DNA of 64,000 nt from Octopus vulgaris (Eukaryota). Each line of letters starts with the position of its first letter. Position 1 is the first letter of the stretch. The notes under the pieces were generated by a model that saw nothing but the letters and a program-made list of their open reading frames with translations, had not been told where the DNA came from and ran no database searches. The translations under genes were made by a program, and so were the position numbers. Location: positions 157,852,001 through 157,916,000 of the forward strand of contig OX597816.1 in assembly GCA_951406725.2 (NCBI GenBank), written 5' to 3'. Shown piece by piece: positions 12,993 to 27,487 of this stretch.

Positions 12993-13399
12993 GGCGTAGG
13001 AGTGGCTGTGTGATAAATAGCTTGCTTATAAACCACATGGTTCTGGGTTCAGTCCCACTGTGTGGCACTTTGGGCAAGTGCCTTCTACTATAGCCTCGAG
13101 CCGACCAAAGCCTTGTGAGTGGATTTGGTAGGCGGAAACTGAAAGAAGCCCTTCGTATATAAATATATTTATGTGTGTGTATATGTTTGTGTGTCTGTGT
13201 TTGTCGCCCCCCCCCCCCCCAACATCACTTGACAACCGATGCTGGTGTGTTTACATCCCCGTAACTTAGCGGTTTGGCAAAAGAGACCAATAGAATAAGT
13301 ACTAGGCTTACAAAGAATAAGTCCTGGGGTCGATTTGCTCGACTAAAGGCGGTGCTCCAGCATGGCCACAGTCAAATGACTGAAACAAGTAAAAGAGTA
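12993..13399 (+). mobile_element. Near full-length tRNA-derived SINE. Family also at ~2170-2760, 5650-6005, 13482-13900, 23445-23805, 49085-49500, 56990-57185, 57675-57833, 60015-60440
   Basis: tRNA-like head ggcgtaggagtggctgtgtg (A box) ... gggttcagtccc (B box); conserved body gcactttgggcaagtg...ggatttggtag.cggaaactgaaagaagccc; tail gtgctccagcatggcc.cagtcaaatgactgaaacaagtaaaagag. Confidence 0.9.
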
Positions 13400-16300
13400 T
13401 ATGGCCGAAGAATGTAACGATAGCAAATCATGAATATATTTAAATATTGACTGACTTCTGTATTGATTGTTAATCAATTAACAGGTGTGGCTGTGTGATA
13501 AGAAGTTTGCTTCCCAACCACATGGTTTTTGAGCTCAATCCCACTCAATGGTACCTTGAGCAAATGTTTTCAACCGTAGCCCTGGACTAGCCAATGCCTC
13601 ATCACTGGATTTGGCAGATGGAAATTGAAAGAAGCCTGTCATATATATGTGAATGTGTGTGTCTGTTACTATCCTTTTGCCTTGACATTGCATGATGGCT
13701 GTAAATGAGTGTCACTCTCATGCAAGTGGTGTCTTTCATGAAAACATGTCCAGCTAGGTGGGGGGAAATATTACCTCGCTTGGAAACGGGTATGGGTTGG
13801 CAACATGAAGAGCATCCAGCCATAGAAAATCCATCACAACAAATTCCATCTCACCCTTGTGGGTATGGAAAAGTGGATATTCAATCAATAACGATGATCA
13901 TCATCATGATAATGATTTCAATGTAGCTGATCTTCTTTCAAGCACCGGGCCTCACAGAGGCAATGACTGAGACCTTTGGCATAATGTCATGCTTGAGAAA
14001 AAAACCCATCAAGCCGAGCAAAATCACAATCAAAGCAGATACCGGTGTCACATAAATGGCGCCCATGATGGTGGCATGTAAAAGCACCCATTACACTCTT
14101 GGGGTGGTTGGCATTAGGAAGGGCATCCAGCTGTAGAAAATTATGCTAAATCAGACTGGATCCTAGTGCAGCCTTCCAGCTTGCCAGCTCTGGTCAAACT
14201 GTCCAACCCATGCCAGCATGGACAATGGATGTTGATGATGATGATGATGATGATGATGATGACAAACTGTGACTGTGAATATATGGGAACACATGAATAT
14301 GCATTTGTGTGCTTCTTCACTCATTACTTCATGTGGGTGAAAGTGTGTATACAGAAGTACATATGTGTATGTGTGCATATACATGCAGGTGGAAACACAT
14401 GCACACATGTGTGTGGGTGTGTGTATACATAACAATGTATATAAATATCTGCGTGTGTATGAAACATTTACATTTAAAAATCTAGTTTTATACACTTCAC
14501 GTAGTCTTCCTAAGTACATTCATACAAACTTGTCTATTCAGACATAAGGACAAAATCAAATCAAGGAAGTATTTAACACCCACCACCTCCATCCACCTTT
14601 CTGGTATTTAGGGATTTGAAACTGGCGTCCTTCACCAACATTAAATCAGGACTAACATGAGATTAAAAAATCTTGACTATATGAAACTTGTCTGTCCTAT
14701 CAACATCACTTTGTCAACCATTTTGGCTTTTAGCCAGAATCCACAAGTTGAATAGATCTATATATGCCATTCATTGCATTAACCCATATCTCTGTATTCC
14801 CTGCCTCTACCCATCTACTCCTTATCTCCCACTCTTGTGAACTTACCTGATCCTCTGCTTCTATCCCTGCAACTGTTCTGTCCCCATCCCCATCACATTC
14901 AGCCTCTTATTCCTGAGGGTACATCATGACACTTCATCCCTACAATCTTCACTCCCTTTCCAGCCGAGGTAGCCATGTCTCTCGTCTACACCCCTTCCAA
15001 TCATTCTATCATACTCTTGTCTCTCAGCACCTAGCATAAGCCACCTTCCTCAATGCTACATCCTGCTTCAATCAAGGGGTCTTGTTTTGTGAGCTACTTG
15101 CAACCTCACCAATGCTGGTGACACAAAAAAGCACTAGTACACTGTCTAAAGCGGTTGGAGTTAGGAAGAGCATCCCGCAGCAGAAACCCTACCAAAACAG
15201 ACATTAGAGCTTGGCAGAGTCATCTGAAATGTCAGATCCTGTCAAACTTTGACCCATACCAGCATAGAATACTGACCTTAAATGGTGATGGTTACACACA
15301 CATACACACTACATCATCATGGTATGCTTATACACATAACATCAATGTATACCTTATATGGATACTATACATCATGGTCTCGAGGTTGTCATAAATATGC
15401 CTCTTTAAAATTCACGATGTAGAATATTTCATGGAACATTTATTTTTTAAAAAACAAAGCTTTGAAATGAATGATATATTTTTTTTGGTGGGAAAGGGGA
15501 TGGGAAGCTGTGATATTCATACTTTCCCAATGGACCATAACAGCATATGTTGAAAATTTCCATCTAATAATTAATTGAAACCAGGTCAGAATATGTCTTA
15601 CTTTGAGTTTTGTTCTATCAATTTAAAGAATAATTATATTATCATTATTACTAATATTGTTATTGTTATAAATACATTCTATAGAACCCTGAAGATGAAA
15701 GTTTGTGGCATGTATTAAAATGAAAACAAATTTGATTTGGTAACCTTTCTTTTTAACATAGTTTACACACTAACACTTACGGAAAAAAAAAGCCAAAATA
15801 AAACTGATACTATACTAATATCTTTGTACAGTTTATGACACACCAATTACCTACAACACATACTGGAACAATAGTGAAAGAAAAAAAAAACAATTCTACC
15901 ATCACAATATTTAAAAATATATATTATACTAGAACAATACCTGAATATACATGTATTACACTATATGTTCTTGAAGCAATATATATATATATATACATAT
16001 ATACTGTATCATATGGCATTTAAAAACTTTTCCATTACTGCTCTTGTTGAAAATATATCATGCAAACAACATTAGTTGATCACCAGGCTATGCACATCAA
16101 CCATGCAATGCAGTTAGGGGACAGGGACAAGCGGAAGTTTTATATATATATGTATACACACACTTACAAAGCGGGATAAAATAAGGTTATCATTAAACAC
16201 CGTGTTTATAATGTCAAATAGCAAAAAAAAAAAAAAAATTGAAAAACATGTTTAAGGCATGAAACAAACCATATACAATGAAGATTTGATGAAATTGCTG

Positions 16301-16489
16301 AAATCGCAACTGTTCTGTGTGTATATGTGGTTGTTTGCATGTGTGTATATATGCGCACGCGTGCATGTATGCAATTAGATACACCTGGGGAAGTAAAAAC
16401 TGTAATAAAATTTGTTTGGAATACAATTATTATTCAATGTATGTCTGTGTGCATATGTGCACGTGCGTTTTTGCATGCATGCGTGCATT

Positions 16490-17565
16490 TGTGTATACTG
16501 TTTGAAAACATGATTATAACACTTTTTTTTAATAGACTATCATTATGCTTATACAAGTTCTAGACAGTTGGTCTCGTTCTTTATTACACTGTTAAAAATA
16601 TGAAATAATGTCCAATGTTTTGTCTTTTGTTTGTCTCTATCATGCAGTTATTTTGCATGTAACTTCACACATTTTCAAGACTAAGTACAAGAAAGCTCAA
16701 ATGTTGCGGGACCTGGTTTGAAACATCAGGATTTTTGTCTCCTCACAACATTTGAATTTATCTAAATTTGCACATGTTACTAAATTAATGTTGCTATCAT
16801 CAACCACTGCTAGTTTGCTTGGTCTCTGGTTTTTATCGGTAATTAAAAACCTAGTTTATAAACGACATCAGCAATTACCAACCAAAGCATGTTGAGTTTT
16901 CGCTTTCGCATTTGGTTTGGAAGATTTTTTCATGTGAACTTGTGTGCTGAAACGTTCTTTGTTATATATCGAGAGGGTCATTATGCTAATAATAAACACA
17001 CACACTGGTTGTACTTTACTTCATTATTTTTTTTTTTTAAGTTAATCAAATTAACCAATTAACAAATTGATTATTAACTAGGGGACAGACAGATCAAAAG
17101 CAGATCTGAAGTAGAAAGGATATGTCATTCATGAAATCACAAATGGAGACGAAAGGACTTTGACAAACTTAATCAATTAATTAATTGGTTAAATAACTAA
17201 CAAACTGAAAAATAAAAAATAAAAAAGTGACATAGGACCAGTGTGCATGTATGCTTATTGTTAGCACAATGACCTTTCTGAGACAACAAAATTATTTTTG
17301 TTTTCAGCATATATTGACCATGTGGCCATGTCTAGTTTTATGTGACTCACAGCTATTTAGTGGAGTACATATATAACACACAACATCAAATTTAAGAAGT
17401 CTACAAAATGTGTGAAAGCACACAAGCTATTTAATTTAGAAAAAGCATTGGACATTTTTTATATATTTGGAAGAGTGTAATACGAAGGGAGATCAATAAG
17501 TTTGGAAAATTGCAAGGTGAGCTATTAAAAACGTGTAATAGTCAAGGTTTCAATAGTATAAGCAT
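16490..17565. mobile_element. Old ~1.1-kb foldback element with degenerate nested inverted arms (edges approximate)
   Basis: tgtccaatg / cattggaca, ttcacacatttt / aaaatgtgtgaa, gggtcattatgctaataataa / ttattgttagcacaatgacc and ttaaccaattaa / ttaattggttaa pair symmetrically around ~17120. Confidence 0.6.
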
Positions 17566-17603
17566 TAGAGAGCTGCTCCCCATGTATGTGTATGTATTTA
17601 TGC

Positions 17604-17653
<50 letters not shown>

Positions 17654-20600
17654 CATGCATGTATGTGCAGGAGTGTTTAATTCTAAAGATGAAAGTCCCT
17701 AGTGAGAATTTAGTTTTATGCATTGTTTGGAATTTAGGGGTCAGCATGGAAGTATTTCATTAACTTATTGCCCCTACCCAATCACTACCACCATCAACAA
17801 CAACCATTTTGGTAATACTTTTGTTTTGACATGGATTTTGTTATGTAGTCCAGTGATAGTCATTAATACCGATAACTCATTATCATTTACATATGATTAA
17901 CACCTCTATAAGAAAAAAAAAAAAAAAAAATCTTGTCCCTATTGAAAATTATATTTCAATTTTAGGTTTGTGAATAAAGAGGCAGTAAGAAGAATTCCTC
18001 TCAGAAATTCCTGCATCACTTAAGAATGGTTATGCTTTTTTTGTATTGGAAAAGATCAATTGGTTTTTGTGTGTGGTTTACTGTTATCATTTGTTTGTTT
18101 TCATGTGAGTTATGCAAAAAAGATTGCAACTAATAAACATATTTCTTGAAATCTGTTAAGTTGAAGAGTTGACACGGAGAGAATCATATGTACCAGGACA
18201 TGTAAATGATGTGATATGGTGCTTTCCTAGTACAGATGTTCAATAAGGAAGTGGATTATGTGAAATAGTTTCAATCAATCATCAATCAATGTGTGTGTGT
18301 ATACATAGTACACACAAGTTTAATGCTTTTATATTTCTTATGTTGGCTGTAAGAATTCTAGCACAAACTCTGCTTTATCAAATTTAATATATGGAAGTCT
18401 AACAAAGAAACAAAGACTTAAATTTTAGGGATGGGCAGAGTCAATTAGCTCAACCCTCATACTCAACTGTGGAAAGAACAAGAAGTGAAATGTGGCAGGA
18501 ATTGAATTCAGAATATCAAATTTGCCAATCCACTGTGTTTATCACAATTAATATCCTGGCTCTTCAACAGTCATGATGACAAGTTGATTCAATTAACTGA
18601 CCAACCCCTTGCCAATGAAATTAATGAGCAAGTGGCTGAGTACTCCACAGACATGTGTACCCTTCACGTAGTTCTCAGGGAGATTCAGCATGACCCTTTG
18701 AATTATAGATACACCTTATTTTTGCCATTTGAGCAACAAAAAAAGTGTCTTGCTCAAGAACACAATGTACCAGGAATCGAATTGAAGACCACTCTAACCA
18801 CTAAGCCATGCACCTTATATGTAATGTATAAAATGGCATCATGGTTAATTAAGTCCAAGAGACAAAACTTTCCAACAATACTTTTAATAATTAAATATTT
18901 TAACTTGAAATATAATTCTTAAAATATGACTGAGAAAAAGGAATATTTGAACAAAATATTCAGTCTGATGTTTTCTCCAACTTAATTGAAGAAAATGTTG
19001 TGGCAAAAATACTTGAAAAAAGTGGAAAATAAGAAATAAATTGTAGATATAAACAATATTCTCTCCAGACCAACAATGATGTCTGAAGGAAGAGCATGGT
19101 CAATACAGCTACACACTAGTGCCATTGTAGGCATTGTCATTGGAATGCAAAGACCTGGAAGAGCCAGCACAAAGCACCCTGGCTGACACTAATATTTTCT
19201 GTAATCCACCAGCTTGGATTGGATCCCTTTGTTTTTACAAACCCTAAAAGGCAAAGTAAACATCAGTAGGAGTTGAACTAAGAATTTACAGTCAGAACAA
19301 ACACAGTGAAGCATTTTATCCAATGCTCTACTTTGCTGCCTTACATACACACATATATATATTCACATGGAAACTATTAAATGTTAGATATGTACACGTA
19401 TATTAGTATACACACACATATATATACATATACACACACATGCACATGCACAAACACATATATATATACATATGCAAACATATCTGCCGCATACATATAT
19501 GCAAACACATACACAAACTGCATGGCACTAGTGCTAGTGCCGCAATAGAAACTGCCCAGTAGCTGTCATAAGGTGGTGGGCATTAGGAAGGGCTTTCAAG
19601 TATAGAAACAATATCAAAGCAAATATTGCAGCACAGTACAAACCTCAGACCCACTGGATCTTGTAAAACCATCCAACCTATGCCATTATGGAACATCATC
19701 ATCATCATTGTTTAACATCTGCTTTCCATGCTAGCATGGGTTGGACGATTTGACTGAGGTCTGGCAAACCAGATGGCTGCACCAGAGTGCAATCTGATCT
19801 GGCAGAGTTTCTACAGTTAGATGCCCTTCCTAATACCAACCATTCCGAGAGTGTAGTGGGTGCTTTTACGTGCCACCTGCACGAGGGCCAGTCAAGCGGT
19901 ACTGGCAACGACCACACTCAAATGGTGCTTTTTATGTCCCTGCACAGGAGCCAGTCCAGCGGAACATGGGTATTAAATTATGATGATAATGATGACAAAC
20001 GCACACACATATTTACATATACCATATACATATACATATATAATTATATATGTTTATGTTTATAACCATATGCATTTATATATATATGAATGTATATGTG
20101 TCTTCCAAGCTGGTATGTGCTGGAGGATTGGAGCAAGCTCCAATGTCTGCTTTGGAATAGTTTCTATGGCTGGGTCCTGTTCATAATTACAACCATTTTA
20201 CAGAATGTACTGGATGCTTTTTTTTCCCATAACACTGTCACTAGTGAAGCCAGCAAATAACTTGCAAGACGTAAAATGTCGACTCAAATTGTATGTAAGA
20301 ATACATACATATGTACATACATGCATGCATATACATACATGCGTGTGTATGCATTTATTCATGTACACGTAATCATCATCGACAGTTGATATCCATTTTC
20401 CATGCTGGCATGAGTACACACACACACACAATCATAGGCAGCCAATTGGCAGAGTCATTAGAACATCAAACACATTGCTTTGTGGTAATTGTTTTGGCTA
20501 TATACATTCCGAGTTCAAATCCTGCCATGGTCATGTTTTCCATTCTTTCAGATTCAATACAATAAAATTCCACTTCTGCAAATAGGCTAGTTCTTCTCTT

Positions 20601-21359
20601 TCTCTAAATTTTCTTCCTGCTTGTCTCTTCTTCTTCTGGTGAAGGATGGGTTTTACTAGGTCTAAAATGCTTGCCATGCCATTAGTCACAATAATATCCC
20701 TCTGACTCCATCAAGAGGGCAAGGGCTTGTAGAATGGCATTTTATATATATCATCATCATTTGATGTCTGTTTTCCATGCAGGCATGGGTTGGATGGCTT
20801 GACAGGAACTGGCAAGGCCAGGGGCTGCCCCAGGTTCTGGGATCTCTTTTGGTTTGGTTTCTACAGTTGGATGGGATGCCCTTCCTAACACCAACCACTC
20901 TACAGAGTGTACTACTTTACATATATACATATAAACATACATACACATATATGAGTGTATATATATATATATAAATACATACATCGTACATATATATACA
21001 TACATATATACATACACATATATCATCATCATCGTTTAACGTCTGCTTTCCATGCTAGCATGGATTGGATGATTTTGACTGAGGTCTGGCGAACCAGATG
21101 GCTGCACCAGGCTCCAGTCTTGATTTGGCAGAGTTTCTACAGTTGGATGCCCTTCCTAATGCCAACCACTCCGAGAGTGTAGTGGGTGCTTTTTACGTGC
21201 CACTGGCATGGGGGCCAGTCAGGCGGTACTGGCAACGACCTCGCTTGAATCCTTTTATACATACATATATACACACATATATACATACATATAGAAACAC
21301 ATATATATATATATATATATACATATACACACACACACACACATACATATATACACAAT

Positions 21360-21393
<34 letters not shown>

Positions 21394-22389
21394 GTATATA
21401 TATATATACACACACACATATACATATATATATATATACACATATCATCATCATCATTTAACATCCACTTTCCATGCTGGCAAGGGTTGGATGGTTTGAC
21501 TGAGGACTGGTGAGCCAGAGGCTGCACCAGGCTCGATCTGATCTGGCAAAGTTTCTATAGCTGGATGCCCTTCAAACGCCAACCACTCTGAGAGTGTAGT
21601 GGGTGCTTCTACATGCCACCGGCACGAGGGCCAGTCAGGTGGTTCTGGCAACGACCATGCTCAAAAGGTGTTTTTACGTGCTGCCAGCACAGGAGCCAGT
21701 CTGGTGGCACTGGCAGTGACCATGCTTGAATGTTGTTTTTCATGTGCCACTGGCATTTGTGCCAGTAAGGCGACACATATACATATATACACATATATCA
21801 TCAACATCATTTTAATGTCCAGAACTTTGGATGGGATTTGTTGAGATAGATTTTCTGTGGTCAAAGACCCTTCCTATTGTCAGTCCTTACCCATTTCCAA
21901 ACAAAGTAATAATTCTCTGTGGTTGGACATGTTTTTGCAGAAGACTGGAAACAGAGAATGTTGCTTGTATGACAGTGACTCTCATTTACAACTATTGCAT
22001 GATGTCAAGACAAGGAGACAGACACAGACACATATAACTATATATATACACACACACATATATATACATATAGATGTACATATATACATACATATACAAG
22101 GCTGCCAATATAAAAGGACCTACAGCAGCAACTCTGGTCCCTTGGACAAGTATATTTGTTTCCACATGTGCTTCTCCTGGAGCTGGTGTAAACACCACCT
22201 TAGTCTTCAGGTATATTGTAAGTCTAGAAGTTGTAAAGCACTGGAGAAGTTGTTCATTATTTATTTTCTAATTATTGTAATTTGGCTGAGTCACAAGACC
22301 AGCATATCTTCAAATCACAACAAATCACGGACGGTAGTTATAAAATCCTTGAATTAGCTTTAAAACAATTCATATTAAACAGAATGTTC

Positions 22390-24050
22390 ATTGTATGCTG
22401 TCAGACAAAAATGCCCAGATACCAAATCTGAACTGCAAATTGTATGGGGAACAAAGCTGAACCAGAAAAATTTAGTGAGCACCAACTTTCCAAGATTCTC
22501 CACAGTGGATTTGTATTCACAGAGTCAAAGGCTTTTGTTAAATTAATGAAAACCTGGTAAAGGCAGAGTCTCTGCTGTATGCACTTCTCTTGCAACTGTT
22601 TGATGACAAAGACCATATCTGTGGTACCTCTATGTGATCTAAATCCACACTGATGCTCTTGGATAATGATAGAGCATATATATATATATATCTACAGCTG
22701 TTTCTATTAGAAATCTTGTGAATATCTTTCTGGCAGTTACAAGAAAACACCATGAAAGTTATCACAGTTTGACTTGGCACATCTTCCCTTATGCAAAGAA
22801 ATCTGTATAGTATTTCTCTAATGCAATGGAACTGGTGAGCCATTTCCTGCATTGACAATTAGTGTTGTCATAAAATCAGCCACTACACCCTTACCATGCT
22901 TAATAATAGCCTTAGTTTGTATTTATCCATGGTAGATGGATTGTGAAAAGAAAATCAGTGAAATGCTCCAGTCATCTTCTAAGAATACTATCAGTAAATC
23001 CATCTTTGGAACAACAGCTGATTGGCATGGACCATACATCTGTTTTAACAAGCTGTACATTATTTTGGAGTCTTTTTTTATTAAGGGCCAGTCAAATATT
23101 TTTGGATATACACAACCACCACACATTTTCGTCATTGCTGTCAGTTCTCTCTTCAAAGTTGATTTATAGTGCTTCAAAAAATCTTCTGCCTTCGAACGTT
23201 CCTTTATATGTAAATTAGGATTGAGCAATTTTTGGTATAATTTATGCTTCATGTTTACAAGATTGGATGTTTCAGAAGTATTTTCATTGAACCAATTTTA
23301 GAAGCTGTGGCATAAAACTTTTGTTTGAAGTCTGACCATGAATCATTAGATTATGAATTTACTAGAGCTCTACAAAATAACTCAGATATTGCAGGATGCT
23401 GAAGATACCAGCTTTCAACCATCTTAGAACCTTTGTGTTATTCTTATCTTTTACTTGTTCAAGTCATTGCCATGTGGCCATGTTGGGGCACTGCCTCGCA
23501 AAGGGTAGCCAAACAAATCAACCCCAGTACTTATTTTTTAAGTCTGGTACTTATTCTATCAGCCTCTTTTGCTGAAATGCTAAGTTATGGGGACATAAAC
23601 AAACCAAGTGGTGTAATGTCAAACACAAACACGTATATAAGTGACAGGCTTCCACACAGTTTCTGACTACAAAATTCACTTACAAGTCACTGGTTGACTC
23701 AGGGCTGTAGTAGAAAACACTTGCCCAAGGCACTGAACATTGGGACTGAACCTGAAAACACATGGTTGCAAAGTGAGCTTCTTAACCACAGAGCCATGGC
23801 TGCACCAGTTGTAAATTGTTTTCCAACAACCAGCTTCAACTTTGTTCATACAAGGTAGTCATCTGTCCAACACAGTCCCAAACAATACTTTAACATTACA
23901 AATATCAAGAACATCCAGCTTACATATTATCACAAAGTCTGCAAGATAACCTTGCTATGAATTAGCATTGGTGCAGGAAACCTAACAACTTGTGTTCCAG
24001 GTGGAACTGTATATTGCATGTTACAAGACCCAGTTCAGAATATAGCCACA
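22390..24050 (-). mobile_element. Degraded RTE-clade LINE (endonuclease to RT remnants), interrupted by a SINE at ~23445-23805
   Basis: ORF 22401-22616 gives MVFVIKQLQEKCIQQRLCLYQVFINLTKAFDSVNTNPLWRILE, the RTE RT motif (..RQLQEKC.EQ...LY..FIDLTKAFDSV...LW.IL). Frameshifted. Confidence 0.85.
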
Positions 24051-26731
24051 GCAGGTAAAAAACATTATTACTCATTTTACATATGCTGAAACATTCTAAA
24101 CTAGACCTTGGGACAAGAACTTCACTCTTATATGCTCTTTCTATTAATAACCTTCACCTGTTTTTCAAGTAAGGGTTATTTTGGGGTTTTTCTTTTCAAC
24201 TTCACGAGTCTTCAAAAGCATTGAAGTCATTGGTTAGAATATCAACATAGCAGGAATGTAAACATTACCATAGCTTTCACTCAAATGGTGACAAGTGAAA
24301 TATCAACATTCATGCAAACATATGCATGCATGAGCACATCTATGCACACACACACACATACATGCATGCACACCACAGTTTACTAAAGTATCTATTGACT
24401 GAATCCACTCATGAGGCACTTGTCAGCCCAGGGCTGAGATACTTGCCCAAGGTCCCACATAGTGGAAAGAAACTGAAGCTGCATCATTGTGGAGCAACCT
24501 TCTTTACCAGACAGCAGAGCCTGTATAAATATATATCCTTTATCTCTTATTTGTTGCAGTTATTGAACAGCAGCCATGCTGGGGCACCACCTTGAAGGGT
24601 CCTAGTCAAATGAATTAATTCCAGTAATTATCTATTTTAAACTTGCTACTTATTCTATCAGTTTCTTATGCCAAACTGCTGAGTTATAAGGAAGTAACCA
24701 AACCAACACTGGTTGTCAAGAAATGGTGGGGACAAACACACACACACACAATGGGCTTTGTTCAGTTTCCATTAACCAAATCCACTCATAGGTCATTGGG
24801 TGACCTGGGGCTATAGTAGAAAACACTTGCCCAAAGTGCCAGGCAGTTTTCAGTCGCTTTTAACTTCAAGTGGAACTTTATATTTAGCTACTAACATATC
24901 TTCAATTTCTTTTCACATGCAAAAACACACAATTTTAATATACACAGTTTTAATATTTAATTTGAAACATGATTAATTGTAATTTGTAACTGATACTGAA
25001 TTACAAAGCTCTAAGATAAAGCACATTACTTGCTTCTGTCTAATCGGCTGAAAATAGATATATCATTCCCACAATGAATGGTTGATATTAAAAAGGATAT
25101 TCAACTGCAACACACTACCTGCTCAATAAAATTAGTTAAACTGTCATTAAGTGAAATTTCAAATAAGAAATGGAATTACCATAATACTACTGTTGACTTT
25201 TACAAAAGGATTCCTAAAGCAAGGTTATCAATTGACTAATGCACAGTGTTTTTTTTGTTTTTTTTTTCATAGAATAGAGAAATACAAAATGAATGCTCCA
25301 TCATGAAGATAAGCAATTCTTAGACAGAAGTCTATAGGATTTGCTTAGTCCATTTAAGTCTTGGACTGAGTGGGGATGCCCATGAACTTTGCAAGTTCTT
25401 CTAAAATGGGGAGGCCAATGTGATTGGACAATTGATGAGTAAACTGTTTGGTGGTTTATAGTTCTGGGTTACTGGGTCTTGTTTTATTAACCCTTAAAGA
25501 GGTGATAATAAAATAAGGACCACTGGGATAACTAAAATGAATAGTTATGGAACTGAGCTATGTCTGTGCACTGAATTGAATGTTAACTCATCTGTTGTGA
25601 GCCAAAAGTCAGTTGGAGGGTAGTTGAGAGAGAGATGGAGAAAGAGAGAGATAGAGAAAGATTAAAAATACAAAAACAACAGTTTGAAAATAGAATTTGA
25701 AACAATTCTGTGTTTTCAAGGTGATATATTTAACTTGATCACATATGCATCTTGCATCTGACATAATTCACAATAGCTCTGAGCACTGATTAATGAACAA
25801 ATTACATTACAACATACAAGCATTACTTTAATAGGTAAAATGCTGAGAAAGAGAGAAGAGGTTCAACTGTAGTGGACACCAGAGATTTCATTTCCCCTCA
25901 CATATCCAGTCTTTCTTAGTGAAGTCAAAGTATAAATGCCACAAAAGCCCTGCAGAGTTACAAAGATCTGGTTCTCCAGTTTAATAGGCATTCTGAAATT
26001 CTATGTCAGAGTCTAAGTTTACTTTGATTGTTTGGGACAATTTACAAGGAAAAAGAAATGAAGTTATAGGACATCGATTGCAACAGGTACCAAGCCTAGT
26101 TTCAATGGTGTCACTGTGTTCCAACCAAAATACAGACATGGGAGAGGAATTCTCTTCCAGCTACATTCAAGCTGACAACCTCTTCCAAAATACAATAGTG
26201 CAAGAACAACACTTGAACATGGACAGAGCAGAAATTGGGAAGACTTTAAGGCGTAGACAACAGTATTATATCACTAAGTGCTATATAACTAAGTCAAACT
26301 TGAATCCACGCCATTACTATATAGAAAAGAAAAAGAAAATAAAGAAGAATCATGCATATCAAAGCAATTGATATTTATTGAGTGGAAGTTATAAACCCAC
26401 TTGTTTAGAAAAAATAGAATTTCCCTGAGCAGATTTGTCCTTTTTTTTCTTTGATAGCAAAAAAGACAATAGTATTACACAAAATATTGCAGCAGCAGAC
26501 AAACAGTTGTTCCTTATTGCACTTATACTGCATAGCAGTTTACAGAGTGACATGACAACCATTCATGCTGAGAATGACACAAATACTTAACAAAAGGAAT
26601 ATGAAAAGTAGGCGATAATTTATGAGAGAGAGAAAGAGACAGATAGATAGATAGATATAGATAGAGAATGAGAGAAAGAGAGAGAGAGGGAGAAACAGAA
26701 AGAGAGAGACAGAGAAAACTGTAATATGTAC

Positions 26732-26951
26732 CTCAACTAAATGTGGTAGACTGTCAAAGAAGACTTCCTTATCTATAGTTAATTTGTTGTTGCAGTAGAC
26801 TATATGGTAATGCTCAACTTTCCTCTGGTGACACACACACAATGTGTAGTCTCCGGGGTAATTCTGGCTTTCTCGCAGTAAAAACAACCCATCTTCCATC
26901 ATTTTAAGAAGATCTTCAGCTTCTTGACGTGTGATCTTTCCATGAAACCAT
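26732..26951 (-). CDS. CSK: Csk SH2 exon B, the canonical-like copy (220 nt, phase 2 to 0); candidate mutually exclusive exon
   Basis: tttgtag|A TGG TTT CAT GGA ... GTT GAG|gtacat encodes [73 protein letters not shown]. Colinear with human [18 protein letters not shown]...QLVE. Confidence 0.94.
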
Positions 26952-27299
26952 CTACAAAAACCGGGCAGATTACACATCACATAGGGTTTAACAGAGCCAG
27001 AATGAAAAATTGTGGAAATTCTCAAGCAAGAAAAGATAACCCAGGATTTCATTCTTCTCCTTGAAAGTAAGGGTTTTTATTAGTAAATTAGGCAATAGTG
27101 CAAACTGAAAAATGAACAGCTGTTTTCAAAAACAGTTAATAAATCCAATTGTCCATTGGTATTTATTAAACACAGTAACACAAACCATAAAAAAAAAAAC
27201 AAATTAATTTAAAAATAAAATTTTAAAAAATTTGTATAAATGTCAGAACTTTAAAACAAAAATATTAGTTACTGATATGCCTGATTTAATTGTTATTCA

Positions 27300-27451
27300 C
27301 TAGCTGTGTGTGTGTGTGTGTGTGTGCGTGTGTGTGTGTGTGAGCTGACAAATCAATATGAATGCATATATCTCCAGGAGAAAAATGTACACACATTAAC
27401 ATATACACACACACATGTATTATATACGTATGCATATACATTACACACAGG

Positions 27452-27487
<36 letters not shown>

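Noticed and set aside
12993-13070. tRNA-like A/B boxes
   Set aside because: These are SINE heads continuing into SINE bodies; no complete cloverleaf.
26003-26371. 122-aa plus-strand ORF near exon B
   Set aside because: No recognisable domain, starts without supporting signals and ends in an A-rich low-complexity tract; probably chance.
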